Part shown: positions 45,940-59,568 of the stretch, one piece after another
Layout: each line of letters opens with the position of its first letter
Position numbering within the stretch: position 1 is the first letter of the stretch
Assembly (NCBI RefSeq): GCF_036588685.1
Contig: NC_086374.1
Location: 47,678,001-47,742,000 of the forward strand
Direction of reading: 5' to 3'
Length of the DNA stretch: 64,000 nucleotides
From: Mytilus trossulus
Taxonomy: Eukaryota
Made by a program: the position numbers and the translations under genes
The notes under the pieces: model-generated
Seen by the model: the letters and a program-made list of their open reading frames with translations, nothing else
Database searches by the model: none
What the model was told of the DNA's origin: nothing

Positions 45940-48900
45940 ATGTTTTCAATCGTCTTTATGAACGCAGTATTTGTATTTCTGAGTCTTGTTTCCCAAGCAG
46001 ATGGTTCTTGTTTTGCGTCACAGGCAGGTCCAGGAATAAAAGGTAAGCTTAGTGATAAATTATTTGACAACTATAATTAATGATATTTGTCTTTCTCTTG
46101 TGTGAATATACTCACAATGATTTTAGATGTAATCGGTGCATAATATTTTTAAAATATTAAATAGAAAAATATGCGTGCATTTTTTCCAAGATTTGCTGTA
46201 TATATTGGTCCTGTCTGATTATTTAACGTGAATTCATCAGTATTCGTTAGAAACCAACTATCATGGATTTTGCGAATACAGTCAAAAAACGAATTCAAAT
46301 GTTAAAAGAATTAATACTTTACTATAGGCTTTATGTGTAGAGTTTGGTAAAACCACGAAATAAAAAAATATCCACTAATATGCATGTATTCCTTTATCCA
46401 CGAAAATTGATAGCAACGAAGATAAATGAACAGTGAGCTCTAGAAACAATACCTATATTACTGCACCAGACGCCCTTTTTGGCAACTAACGTTTTTTCAG
46501 TGATGCCCGGGACCAACGCACTTAAAAATTCCAAAACCGAATAGAAGCATCGAAGAGCTCATTTGGCAAATTCAACTAGAATATATTCAAATCTGGAAAG
46601 GAACCCAAAATTTATATAAGGGATGTACATTCCTTAATTAGGTTTTCTGGAAATTTTATTACAACTTTCAAACAATGTCTGTATTTTCATATCAGAACCG
46701 AGGTATTGACTACTTGGCTAATGGTACTCTCACTGACTAACAATTGATCATCTGATGTATCAATCCAGTTTCTCCCTTTTTGTGTTTTTACATCATGTGC
46801 TTAGATAATCTACAACAACAAATATTCAATAAATAATCGCTATTCATATTATAAAAAAAGTTATAAATTGAACTTTTAGAATTCAGTTTAAGAGTCATTG
46901 TAAGAAATCAATGTAGAATTTATTGAAACGTTTTTTCACTTAAGGAATCAAAACTGTTCGAATTTTTGACCAAATTCATTTAAAAAGTAGAGTTGATACT
47001 ATTTTCTTTTTGTTTTAAGCTTTAAAAAAGTTGTGTGCCTTAAAAGATTTGAGAAAATAATACATTTAGTTTTGAATGAAAGTTTTATTCTTGTGCAGAT
47101 ATAAATATATTCAAGCACGAATTAATTCATACTTCAAACTTGAAATAATCTTTACGCTATCATGCAAACCTAGGTAATAGTTAACTATTTGAAACCGCCT
47201 CGGTGATCTTAAAGTAGCGCAATTTTCTACCTGAAAGTTCCAACACCTGCATATTAAATTGATCATAAATTGCATGATTTTCTGTAGATTTCTTTTTTTT
47301 TTCCATAGAACTCATGTTGTTTTTCAGTATTTTCCCATTCAAATATATTATTTTTATTTTTGAGCGTTTCTCATGGAACTATACCCTCGAAAGCGCTTCC
47401 GACACACAAAATGTATTAAGTGTTAATTTCATCCATGGCTACATTTCCATTCTCAATTTTACTATGCAATCAAGTAAATAAAAAGATAAAGAAGTTCACA
47501 AGATGCTACAATAAACTAGTCTGATCCGTTTTCATATTTAATGTGTCTTTTATTCGTTAGGCATATCTTAAAACAACTTTATTTACAAAGCAAGTTGAAC
47601 TTATATATGGTTTTGTCATTTTTTTTTAGAAACTGTTCATCAAAATAAATAAACAAAAAATGCAAGTACTATTTGTTCGAACGTTTCTTTGCTAATGAAA
47701 TGCTATTGTTTACACCTGTAGATTGTACTGCACCAAATGGAGCCCATGTAGGAAATGGTAAAAATTATGAATCTTATGACGAGTGTATCAGCTGTGATTG
47801 TGACAACGGCTACCTAAATTGTTGTCAGTAAGTATATCTTAATATCACCTTTTCGTAAATACTAGCTCATGTCATAATTAATATCCAACAAAAAGCATAA
47901 TCTATTTTTAATTTAATATAGGGCTATGTTCTTCTCGTATATTTTATGATTGTATGATACTAAATCCCTAACGAGAGGGATTAAACTTGATTTTGATATG
48001 ATGAAGACAACATCTTTCTATCAGTTTAACTGAGGTCTGTAGCTGGCATGTCAGTATAGTAGCGCTTTATTAATTTATATATCATTGTCATTTTTTGTTT
48101 ATTTTCTCTGTTGCCTTTTTAGCTCACCTGGCCTAAAAGGCCATGTGAACTTTTCTCATCAATTGGCGACTGTCGTCGTCGTCGTCGTCGTCTGTCGTCG
48201 TTAGCAATTTTTCAAACATCTTCTTCTCTGAAACTACTGAATGGATTTGAATGAAACTTAGCATGATTGTTCCTTAGATTATCCTGCACAAAGTTTGTGC
48301 TTCGATTTTTGATCCGTCAAAAAACATGGCCGCCGTTACTTAAAATAGAACATAGGGGTCAAATACAGTTTTTGGCTTATATCTCAAAAACGAAAGCATT
48401 TACAGCAAATCTGACTGGGATAAAAATGTTCAATAGGTCAAGATCTATCAGCCCTGAAATTTTCATATGAATCAAATAAACCATTGTTGGGTTGCTGCCA
48501 CTTAATTGGTAATTTTAAGGAAATTTTGCAGTTTTTGGTCATTATCTTGAATATTATTATAGATAAAGATAAACTGTAAACAGCAAAAATGATCAGCAAA
48601 GTAAGATCTTCAAATAAGTTAATATGACCAAAATTGTCAATTGACCCCTTAAGAGGTTATTGTCAATTAATAACATGTCACAATTTGTTCATTATATTTG
48701 CTAACTTTAAAAAACTTTCTCCTCTAAAACTACTCAACCAAATTCAACCAAACTTCAACTGAATGATCAGTAGGGTGTATACAATAAAGCTTGTGTTTTA
48801 TTTTCTATTTCGTCAATAAACATGGCCGTCATGGCTAAAAATAGAACACAGGGTAAAATGCAGTTTTTGGCTTATATCTCAAAAACTCCAGCATTTAGAG

Positions 48901-50597
48901 TAAATAAGACGAAAGTTAAAGTATTTATTAGGTCAAGGTCTACCTGTCCTGAAATTTTCAGCCGAATTGGGTTACTGGTTTTTCAGGTATAATGCCCCTG
49001 AATTGATGATTTTAAAGACATTTTGCAGTTTTTGGTTATTATCTTGAATATTATTATAGATACAGATCTGATAAACTGTTAATAAAGAAAAATTTAAGCA
49101 AGCTAATACAAAAAAGTCAATTGACCAAAATTGTCAATTGACCCCTTAAGGAGTTATTGCCCTCTAAAGACTATTTTCACAATTTGTTCATCATGTTGAC
49201 TTACTTTAAAAAATCTTCTCCTTCGAAACTGCTGTATCAATTTTAGCCAAACTTAGGCTAAATGAGTTTCAGAGTATCTAGTATAAATTTTATATTTTAT
49301 TTCCTTGTATGTCAAGAAACATAGCTCCTATGGCTAAAATAGAACATAGGAGAAAATGATTTGTTTTTGCTTTTGAAGAAAATAGGACGATTCAAAGAAC
49401 ATTTAAATAAATTGAAAAGCCAAAATAATCATTGATGAGAGATTTAACCAAAAGAATTAAGATGACCGATTCAGGCTCTTGAGAGCCTCTTGTTCGAAAT
49501 CGGACTCGAACTTATTTTAAACTGAGCTTTATTGTTCGTATTGCTATGCGTTTCATTATTCTACATTAGCTAGAGGTAAGGACATGAAGGGGGAATTTTG
49601 AGATCTCACAAAACATGTTAAACCCCGCTGCATGTTTGCTCCTGTCCAAAGTCAGGAGCCTTTGACCTTTTTTAGTCTTGTATTTTTGTTTAAGTTTAGT
49701 AAATTTACATGTTCATTTGAGTTTAGTGTGACGTCCATTGAACCGGAACTAATACACAGTTTTATTTAGGGGCCAACTGAGGACCACCTATGTGTTCGGA
49801 TTTTTCTTGCTGCGTTGAAGATCCATTGGTGGTCCTCGTCTGTTATCTGCTCTTTGTTCGGGTTGTTGTTTCTTTGGCATATTCTACATTTCCATTCTCA
49901 GTTTTATAACATAGTGTTTATATATTGTCAACACCATTTTGTTTACCTTTTAGTCAATTACTCAATAGTCAATGATAAGGCATAATCTTTGGTGTTTCGT
50001 CAATATTTGGACAACTATTCAGCTGAAAGTAGTTTCAAGTCAAATGTAAACCGTGACGAACATTTTTTTGTTAATTGCTTTTGACATATCAAATATATGT
50101 TTATTACCTTGTTTTTAATTGGATCCTCAATGGCTGTATACGGCTGCCGTGCAGGCGATATTGATATGGTGTCACGATATCACAGTATCATGGGTTCGAA
50201 TCCCGGCGAGGGAGGAACCAAAAATTTGCGAAAGCAAATTTACAGATCTAACATTGTTGGGTTGATGTTTAGACGAGTTGTATATATATATATTGTTGTC
50301 TGATCTTTGGTCGGGTTGTTATCTCTTTGAAACATTCCCATTTCCATTCTTAAATTCAATTACTAATTAGTATGTTTGGAAAAATGATTTCGATGAGGAA
50401 AAAGTCTGTTATTGAATAAATAGATTGAAAATAATGCATTGTCTCTGGTTTTTATTCTTTCCAGAATGGGAATGACTTTGTCGGGTCTCCATCCAGACTG
50501 CAAGGCTGTTGCAGATGGTCCATGCTTTGAGAAGGCTGTACTGAAGAACAATGAAAACAAACCATGCCCGCATAGATATGGAGGAACTGGTCGTTAA
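45940..50597 (+). CDS. Beta-microseminoprotein (PSP94/MSMB)-like secreted protein A, 113 aa. Exons 45940-46042, 47722-47827, 50465-50597
   Basis: MFSIVFMNAVFVFLSLVSQADG|SCFASQAGPGIKDCTAPNGAHVGNGKNYESYDECISCDCDNGYLNCCQMGMTLSGLHPDCKAVADGPCFEKAVLKNNENKPCPHRYGGTGR*. Signal peptide, mature N-terminus SC, and 10 Cys in the PSP94 spacing (C..C..CxxCxC..CC..C..C..C). Introns are GT-AG, phase 1 and 2. AATAAA follows the stop. Confidence 0.9.
48117..49494 (-). mobile_element. Helentron-type element in intron 2 of MSP-like gene A
   Basis: AGCTCACCTGGCCTAAAAGGCCATGTGAACT hairpin, (GTC)n, two ~500-bp units, ends GGCTCTTGAGAGCCTCTTGTT. It is absent from the duplicated copy near 52525. Confidence 0.85.
50138..50292 (+). 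mobile_element. tRNA-derived SINE-like repeat, family A, truncated
   Basis: GGTTCGAATCCCGGCGAGGGA...GACGAGTTG(TA)n. Confidence 0.8.
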
Positions 50598-52109
50598 AGT
50601 TAAAAAATAAAATTGATATGAAACGATAACGCTCTTAGTTTGTTCTTTTTCCACTCATGGAGGATATTATTACCTGAAATTGTCTATTAATCATGCCAAA
50701 GGTGACATGGATAGCATGAATACCGAAAAAAAAGTTTGCACAATAAGTTTTAAAAAGGTCCTCAAAGATAGAAGGCTTATCATTGTGTACGCTAGATGTA
50801 CATTGAAATTGGACATCAACAGGTCAACACATTAGCGCAAACATCAAATTAGTGTCAATGTCATATGTCATCTCTGTCGCCTGTTCAAGTTGTGAATGAT
50901 TTAACAAAGACTTCCTTGTCTATCCAACTTGGATATCAGAAATGCTTTTATTCAGTAAAGACGCCAAAAAACGCTCTTTGAACAGCACAAATTAGCATAT
51001 TGGCATTTTTAGTCGCCTAATGAAATCATAAGCAAGTATCATTAATAATGCATTAACCCACGACATAAAAGTAATTCAACATTATCAAATTTTTGATAAT
51101 AATTACAATAACGAAAGTAAAAAAAAAAATCATTTCAAATCTATATTCTATGTGAGTTGTGACGAATATACAACAATCTAAAATATATCTCAGGTACATT
51201 TGTACTAGATGTTCTCTAAAATGATTTACTTCGATTGCGTCACAAACAGCCACCGTATATCGGAATGTGTAAGATGATATTTAACAAATGAATCATGTAT
51301 TGAAGAAACCGATAAGATACACGTAAACAATTTTGCAAGAGAAACATTCATCAAGTAATTTTGATAAATTTATTCTGCAAAATTTCATAAAAAGCAAGAA
51401 AATATGTGCTTTTGCCTAGTTTTTTTTTTGTAAAATATAAGAAATAATTGATGCAAGCTACACTTGTACATTTGTAGTTTTAACATGAGTAGGCATTATT
51501 TTATATTCGTGATTATTTTTGCCCGAGCGACAGTGATGCTTTAAAAAATGTTAGACATTGCTCAAAAAAAAACCAAGACCCATGTATATACTAGAACTAA
51601 AAACAGAAAAACGAATTAGACAGACATCATTGTGTTATAGAGTTCGTTTATTGCCTGGCAGCTTTTTAATGGATTACATAAAGGCCGTAACTTATGCAAA
51701 AATACAAGAACAGGAAAACTAGCTTTCCTTTTAAACATTTTTTGACGATCAGATATTTTTTTTAATAATCTAATATTGATCACATGAGTCACAACACCTA
51801 TTATCGTTAAAAATAATAATATCATTTTTTAATATTAATTTAACAAAAAGGTTTGTAACAATAGAAAAAGACAGCATATGCTATATTACAATTCATGAAG
51901 TACATTTAATTATACCGCATAATATATATCTATGTAACAACTTTTACAGTAAATAGTTTTAATATTGATAGCTATCTAGGAACATGTGTTGAGGATGTGT
52001 GTACGTTGGTTTGTGAAAAAACATCAATACATATACTGTTAAATGTGTTTGTGACAAACATGTATTTTATAAAAGTAGTTTTAAAAATAAGCAATTAATT
52101 TTTCGAATG

Positions 52110-52168
52110 TATAAATACTAAGAAAATCTATCTGGGTAATTAGTCTAAAACATTTTTGCAATTTTGTA
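52110..52168 (+). promoter_or_regulatory. Orphan duplicate of the MSP-like gene B core promoter
   Basis: GCAATTAATTTTTCGAATGTATAAATAC versus GCAATTAGTTTCTCGGATGTATAAATAC at 59866-59892. No exon-1 coding sequence follows. Confidence 0.6.
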
Positions 52169-53728
52169 CACCTTGATTTTCATATGATGACGACAATCTT
52201 TTTCAATCCTTTTAAAAGAGGAACGAAAGATACAAGAGGGACAGTAAAACTCGTATAAGAAAATAAACTGACAACGCCTGGCGAAAAATAAAAGAAGACA
52301 AACAGACAAACAAAAGATCACATGAAACAACCATGACGACATACAAAAACTAAAGAATAGGCAACACGAACCCCACTAAAAACTAGGGGTGATCTCGGGT
52401 GCTTCGGAAGGGTAAGTAGATCCTGCTCCAAATTAATTGAGGTCTGGAGCTGGCATGTCAGTACCTGCTAGTAGTGCTTTTTAATTTATGTATCATTGTC
52501 ATTTTTGTTCTGTTTCCTGTTTTACCTATTCTTACATCGAACTCGAACTCGGAGAGCTTCACTGTTTTGTATTGCTATGTGTTTCTTCATTCTACATTGG
52601 CTAGAGGTAAAGTACATGTAAAGGGAGATTTGAGATCTCACAAAACATGTTAAACCCCGCCGCAGTGTTGTTCCTATCCGAAGTCAGAAGCATTTGGCCT
52701 TTCTTAGTCTCGTATGTTTTTTTTTTAAATTTAGTTAATTTATATGTTTATTTGAGTTTACTGTCCATTGTAACTGAAGAAGTACACAAAATTATTTAGG
52801 GGCAAGCTGAGGACCGGAATTTTCTCGCTGCGTTGAAGACATATTGTTGGTCTTTGGTTTATCTGTTCTTTGGTAGGGTTGTTCTCTCTTATACATATTC
52901 CCAAACACCTTGTTTCTATTTTCCCGTATATTCACGCTATGTTTCTATTCATACGTATATTGGTAGTCAATATGAAAATGTTACTACATTTAGATTTATG
53001 ACGTCATGACGTCACACATAAAACAACTGAGGAAGCGCCGCATAAGAAAAGCCGACCGTGTAAAGACTGTATGGCCATCCAAGGTCGTCAAATACTTCCA
53101 TTTGTTTGCATCAGAAAAGAAAATTTGACAAGTTTATCGGAAGATATCAAGAATTTTATGTTAAATGCAGAAGATAGGAAAACAAGATTGTTAATGCAAC
53201 AAGCTATGAAGTTTAAAAAAAAATATATTTTCAATAACATGTTAAAATTTTTGCAAAATACAATTAAAAAAAAGAAAAAATTTAGTCATTTTCCTGATAC
53301 ATTATTTACATATGTAACATATTAATTTATATTCGTCCTCGGTCAAAACAATCTGAACAGGTCCATATATAACATATTGACTTTGTCAAAAGTCCATAAT
53401 TGATAAATATATTTTCACCTTTATTCATTTGCTCAAGAGTCAATGATAAAGCATAGTTTGATGTATAATCAACATTTGGATAACTACTCAGCTGAAAATA
53501 GTTTCAAGTCAAAGATAAACAGAGACGATTTTTTTTTTGTTAAACCTTTTGACACATCAAATATATGTATAATTGCTTTTTTAAGTCTCTATGACACATT
53601 TTCATTTCTATTCTCAATTTTAATTACTTATTAGTATGTCTGGAAAAAAAATTGATAAGGAAAAGGTCAGTTGTAAAATATATATGGATTCAAAATAATG
53701 CATTGTCTCTGGTTTTTATTCTTTCCAG

Positions 53729-53861
53729 AATGAGAATGACTTTGTCGAGTCTCCATCCAGACTGCAAGGCTGTTGAAGATAGACCAAGCTTTGAAAAAAA
53801 TGTACTGAAGAATGATGAAAACAAACCATGCCCGTATCGATATGGAGGAACGGGTTGTTAA
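53729..53861 (+). pseudogene. Duplicated terminal exon (3b) of MSP-like gene A: an orphan pseudo-exon or an alternative last exon
   Basis: Intact TTCCAG acceptor, same 133-nt length and phase as exon 3a, open frame MRMTLSSLHPDCKAVEDRPSFEKNVLKNDENKPCPYRYGGTGC*, AATAAA retained. It has no exon 1 or 2 of its own. Confidence 0.8.
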
Positions 53862-55033
53862 AGTTGAAAAATAAAATGTATATGTAATTACACCCCAGTT
53901 CTATTGTTATACTTCATTGTTTCTATTTTTGAAACACGTGTAAATTGAATAGATCGATTGTTACGAATAACAATGGATTTTGACCTCAGGCTGTGACAAG
54001 CGGGGTTTCTGGAAACCCTTGCTTCTACATCCCGCAAACAAAGTCCATTGTAATTCGTTACAATAGAAATTGATTACTCTTTAAATAGCATGAACATAAT
54101 AAATTACTATTAGTATTCACTACAAATTGTTAAAAGATATTTTAATTTTTAAATCCAATTGCGAAATAAAAAAATTAAGCGTCTATTTTGAATACCAAAA
54201 AAACAAACTTTTTTAATCCTCTGCTGAAAGTAATATTTTTCATCCCGGTCATGCTTCTATTTAAAAAGAGGGGATTCTAACTCTCGCCCCTCCTTGGTAT
54301 CCAATTGCCGATCCGGGGTAGGGGTTCCACGGATTTGACCTGATTTAAAAGATCAATGTATTTGATTTATCGGAACCTCATCCCCTTTCTGTTGTGTTGG
54401 AAACCTCCAGCTGGATCGCCTAAAAGAGATAGTTACGAAATATTAAATCTGTATCTTTGTATGCTGAGCGTGTCCGGTAGTCGGGTTTCTATTGCAGACA
54501 TACTTATCCCTTTGTAGGTCCGAATACGAATGTCTATTTATTTTCGAGAAGAGAGGGGGCTTTTTTCTATAAAACCGTAAGATGAAAAATACAGTTATGA
54601 TTACCTTCATTAAACTGATACAGATAAGTACTTTGAGTTATAATATTGCCTTTATCTCCAAACTCTTCTACCAAATTCAATGCTTGCCAACAATGTCGCC
54701 CGTCTCATACCCTTCCATATTGACAACTGCATTCAAGGACCATGACATATTTTTTGTTTGTAATATGAATACACGATACGGTCAATTTGACCTGCTGATC
54801 CATATTAATCCAAGGATTTATTTGAATATGCAAAAATTACCTTGACACTGGTATACTATACTCACTTGTCAAAGTTTGAACAAAGATAACCAAAAAAGGT
54901 TAATAGTAGGATTTCACGTAATAAAAAAATCTTATAAATCATGGTTTGTTATTGTCAATAAAATATTATATGCTATCGTTTTTTTTTTTCTTCATTTATT
55001 AATCAATTTTAACAACATAGAGTGGGTGTAAGT

Positions 55034-55140
55034 TAGTTATACACCTCGGGATACGGCGTGTCTTGATAAGAAACCCCTCCGGCCTCCGGCCGAGTTTTAA
55101 AAAAAAAATCTAGACCCACCTTTCCCTCGGTGTATAACTA
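55034..55140. mobile_element. Short hairpin MITE
   Basis: TAGTTATACACC / GGTGTATAACTA. Confidence 0.55.
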
Positions 55141-55989
55141 TTACTGATAATGCTCATAGTTTTTTCTATTTACAATCATGAAAGGTAGTATTACCTTAAT
55201 TGTTTATTCATAATGCCAAATGAGACATGGATAAAATGGATACAGAAAAAATGTTTGCACAATAAGTATTTATAAAAAAAATCTCCTCAAAGATAGTAGG
55301 CTTGTGATTGTATACGCTAGAAATACATTTCGTCCTTCAAAGAAAACAGCTGGATTCAAAATAGTTAAAATGACAATGCAAGTACGGATTAAAAGAGCTT
55401 TGGTGGCTTAAAATTCAAAATATTTTTGGAAAATACGACTTAGATAATCTATACCTGAGGTAGCTAACCTTTTGTATCTTTAGAATTTCGAACAATGGCA
55501 AGTATTATTTAAAAGTAAATTCCTAACAAAAACCGGATACAATCAGAAATGGAGTACTGTGAAAGTACTTTTATGCATAGGGAACCACTTTTCGTGGTTT
55601 TCGTGGGTGACTTTATCGACGAGTTTAAGTGTCCAACAAAATAAAACAACCGTTGTCCAAATCAAGACATGGACAGATAGGTTTACTACTGATATGATCT
55701 ATAGAGCATACATTGAATAGCGCCAAATCTGAGAATACTTTGAAAGTAGTCACAGGGCAAACCCACTATGAACTATAACCGCAGGCAGGATTATACCCAT
55801 TTAATCTTTAAAAAAACTAAACTGTACAACTTTTGATCTTTTTATTCCCATAAACCAATACTTTTGATCGATGAAAGTCAGATTTCCGATATTGATATGC
55901 TATGATAAAGTGTTCATTTTATATCCTCATAATTCTCGTACGTATAGGAAATTATAATTTCATGCGAGGCTCGTTTTTGTTAAGATTTA

Positions 55990-57480
55990 TTTTAACTCTT
56001 GGCATTTACTTTTAACATCGTAGAGATGAATGTGAAAAACTAAATTGGGAAAATAAGATTGAACAGATGAAAAAATCAAAAACAATCTTACTATTTTTGG
56101 AAAAATTTTGATAATTAAAAAACATGAATTGTGCCTATTTTTACTTTTGTGGGATCTGCTTGCAGAGTTTCAGATTTTTTTTACAAGAAATAGAAACAAG
56201 TTGTTTTGTTTAGGATAATAAACCAGATAAAATAAAAAGAAATTCAATTATTGGTAGATATAAAAAGTTATTTCACTGCTTTAAAAGCAGTAAAAAGACT
56301 AGTGAATGATTGTGAAGGAGGTGGACAATTATACCTCAACACTGTTTTTATAATTGTGGGTCAAACTTGTTAGTGTGTTAAACAAACAGTGGGGATAAGA
56401 CCGACGAAAGCATTGAAAATATCACAGATTTTTATTTAGATATTATAAAATGTGGAGGTCTAACAGAAAAAAACAGAAACAGTTACAGTCATAAGAAAAA
56501 CAAATATTATGGAACAATACATTTATAAAATTGGAAATAAAGCTATATTAAAAAAATGGGTTAAAAGCGATCTTTTTAATGTAAATGAACTTATATATGA
56601 AAAAGGCTGTATTTCTCAAGACATCATTTTAAATAAACTAAAAAGTAAATCAAACTGGATAGCTGAAATCAATTTAGTAAAGAAATCTATATCAAAAGAC
56701 TGGCCAGCAATTTTAAAATCGGAAAACTCTATAAAAAGTATTGTTAATATAAAAAGAAACCAATTAATATTGGATGGTTTACCTATAAAATTAGAAGCAT
56801 TAACAAATAAACTTTTATATAAGTCTGTGATGAATAAAAAAAACTGAACCAGCTATTGGACCCAAAAAATGGCTGTGTATATTTGATATAGATGATGTGT
56901 TATATCAAAACTATTTATAAATTTTTTTATTAAGATATTGAAAAGAAAATAAACTTAGAATTTTTAGATGGAAATTACTACAATATATTCTACCTACAAA
57001 GAAACTGTTATGCAGGTGGAAAATTGTAAACAATTGTTTTTGTATTTTTTGTACACAAGAAGAAGATTATGATTACTTTTTTATACTGTGTCCGTATCTT
57101 TTTAAAAAATGGAATAAAATAAATGAAGTTTTAAAGAACAGTAAAAAAAACTTTTAAAATAAAACTTCGACACTTAGGATTTGGATATAAAACTTCTGAA
57201 GAAGAACATTTTGACTTTTAACAATTGTGGGTTTTTCAATTTACAAAGCCTACTACATTTGCGATCAAAAGATACAAAATGTCAATGTTTTCTCAATATT
57301 CCTCAATGAGTTTAATATATATATATATAATGTAAAAAATGTAATATGTATCTTACAACTAATCACTACCCTGAGTGATTAGTGGATTGTAACAGGGAAC
57401 ATCAGGAGGAGCTTGCACTCCTGAAGGATTTTGTAACAAGCCAATATTTGAAATAAATATTTATTTATTTTGTTAAAAAA
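55990..57480 (+). mobile_element. Decayed L1/Tx1-clade LINE, ORF2 3' half
   Basis: LGIYF..CEKLNWENKIE..NLTIFGKILIIK, then KLRIFRWKLLQYILPTKKLLCRWKIVNNCFCIFCTQEEDYDYFFILCP (zf-RVT-like). Many stops and frameshifts; AATAAA and an A-rich end. Confidence 0.75.
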
Positions 57481-57574
57481 AAATATTATTTTACAATTCA
57501 AGATACGTTTATAGCATTTGTTTATGTAACTGTTGTTTAGATGACATGTTTATTACCTAATTAACACCTTTGGT

Positions 57575-58130
57575 GGTCTTTAAAAGAGGGACCAAATATA
57601 CCAAAGGGACTGTCAAACTCGTAAATCTAAAACAAACTGACAACGCCATGGATAAAAATGAAAAAGACAAACAGAAAAACAATAGTACACATGACACAAC
57701 ATAGAAAACTAAAGAATAAACAACACGAACCCCACCAAAAACTAGGAGTGATCTCAGGTGCTCCGGAAGGGTAAGCAGATCCTGCTCCACATGCGGCACC
57801 CGTCGTGTTGCTTATGTGATTACAAATCCGGTAAAAAGTATAATTCGGTAGGTCAAATTCATGAAAGGGAAGGGGATTGTAGTTACGACGTAAGGAACAT
57901 ATCCGATATCATTTGTGAAACGGTTATTCCATAACGGTCAACCAACTCGTGATGGCGTCCGTAAAATTTACGAAGTGATGATTTCAACTTCACCATTTGG
58001 AACTCTTGGTTTAATAGCTTCCTTGTGAGCAGTAATCCTCTATCAAGAAAATCATGATAGGAAATGCAAGCACGGGAATATCGTATCAATTGGGAGATAT
58101 ATACCCCGTATGTAGGTGCTGCTGGAATGT
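57575..58130 (-). mobile_element. Penelope-like retroelement 3' fragment
   Basis: NIPAAPTYGVYISQLIRYSRAC..FYGRHHELVDRY followed by the GAGCAGGATCTGCTTACCCTTCCGGAGCACC tail, also seen at 52210-52430 and 63360-63450. Confidence 0.75.
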
Positions 58131-59127
58131 TTAATATGTTGATCACTCTATCTCCGGTTAATTAGTGATATCACTACGATACACACGGGTCAATGTTTAC
58201 TTTGTAATTTCCTTCAATCCTGACAATTTGTAACCTTTGTTTCTAATGGCTTCATTTTTTATATTTTTGTTTTAGAATACTAAAATCCACGAATTTAAGA
58301 ACCAATGAACATGTAAATGTTGCTCAAAGTACGAAAATTGATACCCACGAATTAAAGTACTTTCACAGTATATAAAAATGAGATAAAAATCCAATTACAA
58401 ATTAAATAAATTGGACGTCAGAAGTTCATCACATGAACGTGAACATCAAATTAGTGTCCATATCATATGTCATCTTCTGCCACCAGTGCAAGTAGTGAAT
58501 GATTTAACAAAGACTTCCTAGTTTATCAGACTAGGATATCAGTAATGCTTTTTTATTTACGAATGTTAAACAATTTGATTTCAAATGTATACGTCCGTCA
58601 AATACAGCAACTGTATATTGAAATGTGTAAGATGATATCTAACAAATGAATCATGTATTGAAAATGCCGATTTGATACACAAGAAAAAATTGTCGAAAGG
58701 AACATTCATCAAGTAATGTTGGTAAAATTATTCTGTAAAATTTCATAAAAATCAAGCTTTTAGAAAATATATGCTTTTGCCGATTATTTTTGTAAAATTT
58801 CAGAATTAATTGATGCAAGCTATTCTTTATTGTAATTATAATATTGGCAGGCATTACATTAGTGATTATTTTTGCCCGCTCAATAGCCTATCAATGTTAA
58901 AACTACATTAAAGTATAGCTTGCATCAATTATTTCGATTATGATTAGAACAATGACGGTAATTTCTATGTCCGATTTGTATAGGTGTAGAGCATTTTTGT
59001 AGGCTCATTTATGTTTGTAAATAAGCACTCGGTATGTAATGTGTTTTTTTTCAAAAGGAGGGGATCGAACAGCCAACAATTTTTATGACGTTCAGACAAC
59101 CTTTTTAACCAATCCAATATTGATTAC

Positions 59128-59568
59128 AGGTTGCATTTCTGTTGACGATGCAATTTCCCAAAGGAACTCCTTTTACGGCTAAAACTGTACCACTTTTACT
59201 ATGTTTTGAAAAAAATCTGATCCTAGAATTGAAAGTTCATATGCACCACAATTTTTTTCAAAGGTCAAAATATAGGGCTGTGTTGCATATTTTCAACGTT
59301 TGTATGCCCTGAACTTCTCAGAGTTTAAACATACACTAATTTTCTTAACTACCCCTACCTCGAATGAAAGGTTACAAAAGAGTTCAATGTAAACAATATG
59401 CACATGTTTATTTACTGGTAACATTCCCAAGTTATCTATCTGTGAGTTGGAACACAGAGAGCATAACTGGGAATCAGTATGTAAACAAAATTAATTTTCT
59501 ATAAATATTCAAGATCTCCCCAAAAGAGGCGTGTTTTGAGAAACAGCTGTATTTACAAAGTGCAACCT
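59128..59568. mobile_element. 441-bp TIR element upstream of MSP-like gene B
   Basis: AGGTTGCA / TGCAACCT termini. The empty site GATCACATGAG is at 51778-51788 in the duplicate. Confidence 0.75.

Larger units (their letters stand above)
55557..58368. mobile_element. Tc1/mariner-like element shell containing nested retroelement fragments
   Basis: TA|CTGTGAAAGTACTTT ... AAAGTACTTTCACAG|TA. Confidence 0.7.

Noticed and set aside
54560-54760. Coding-like minus-strand stretch with a donor site
   Set aside because: Stops in the frames read and no family recognised. It lies within an insertion.
56509-56847. 112-aa Lys-rich ORF as a host gene
   Set aside because: It is part of the decayed L1/Tx1 ORF2
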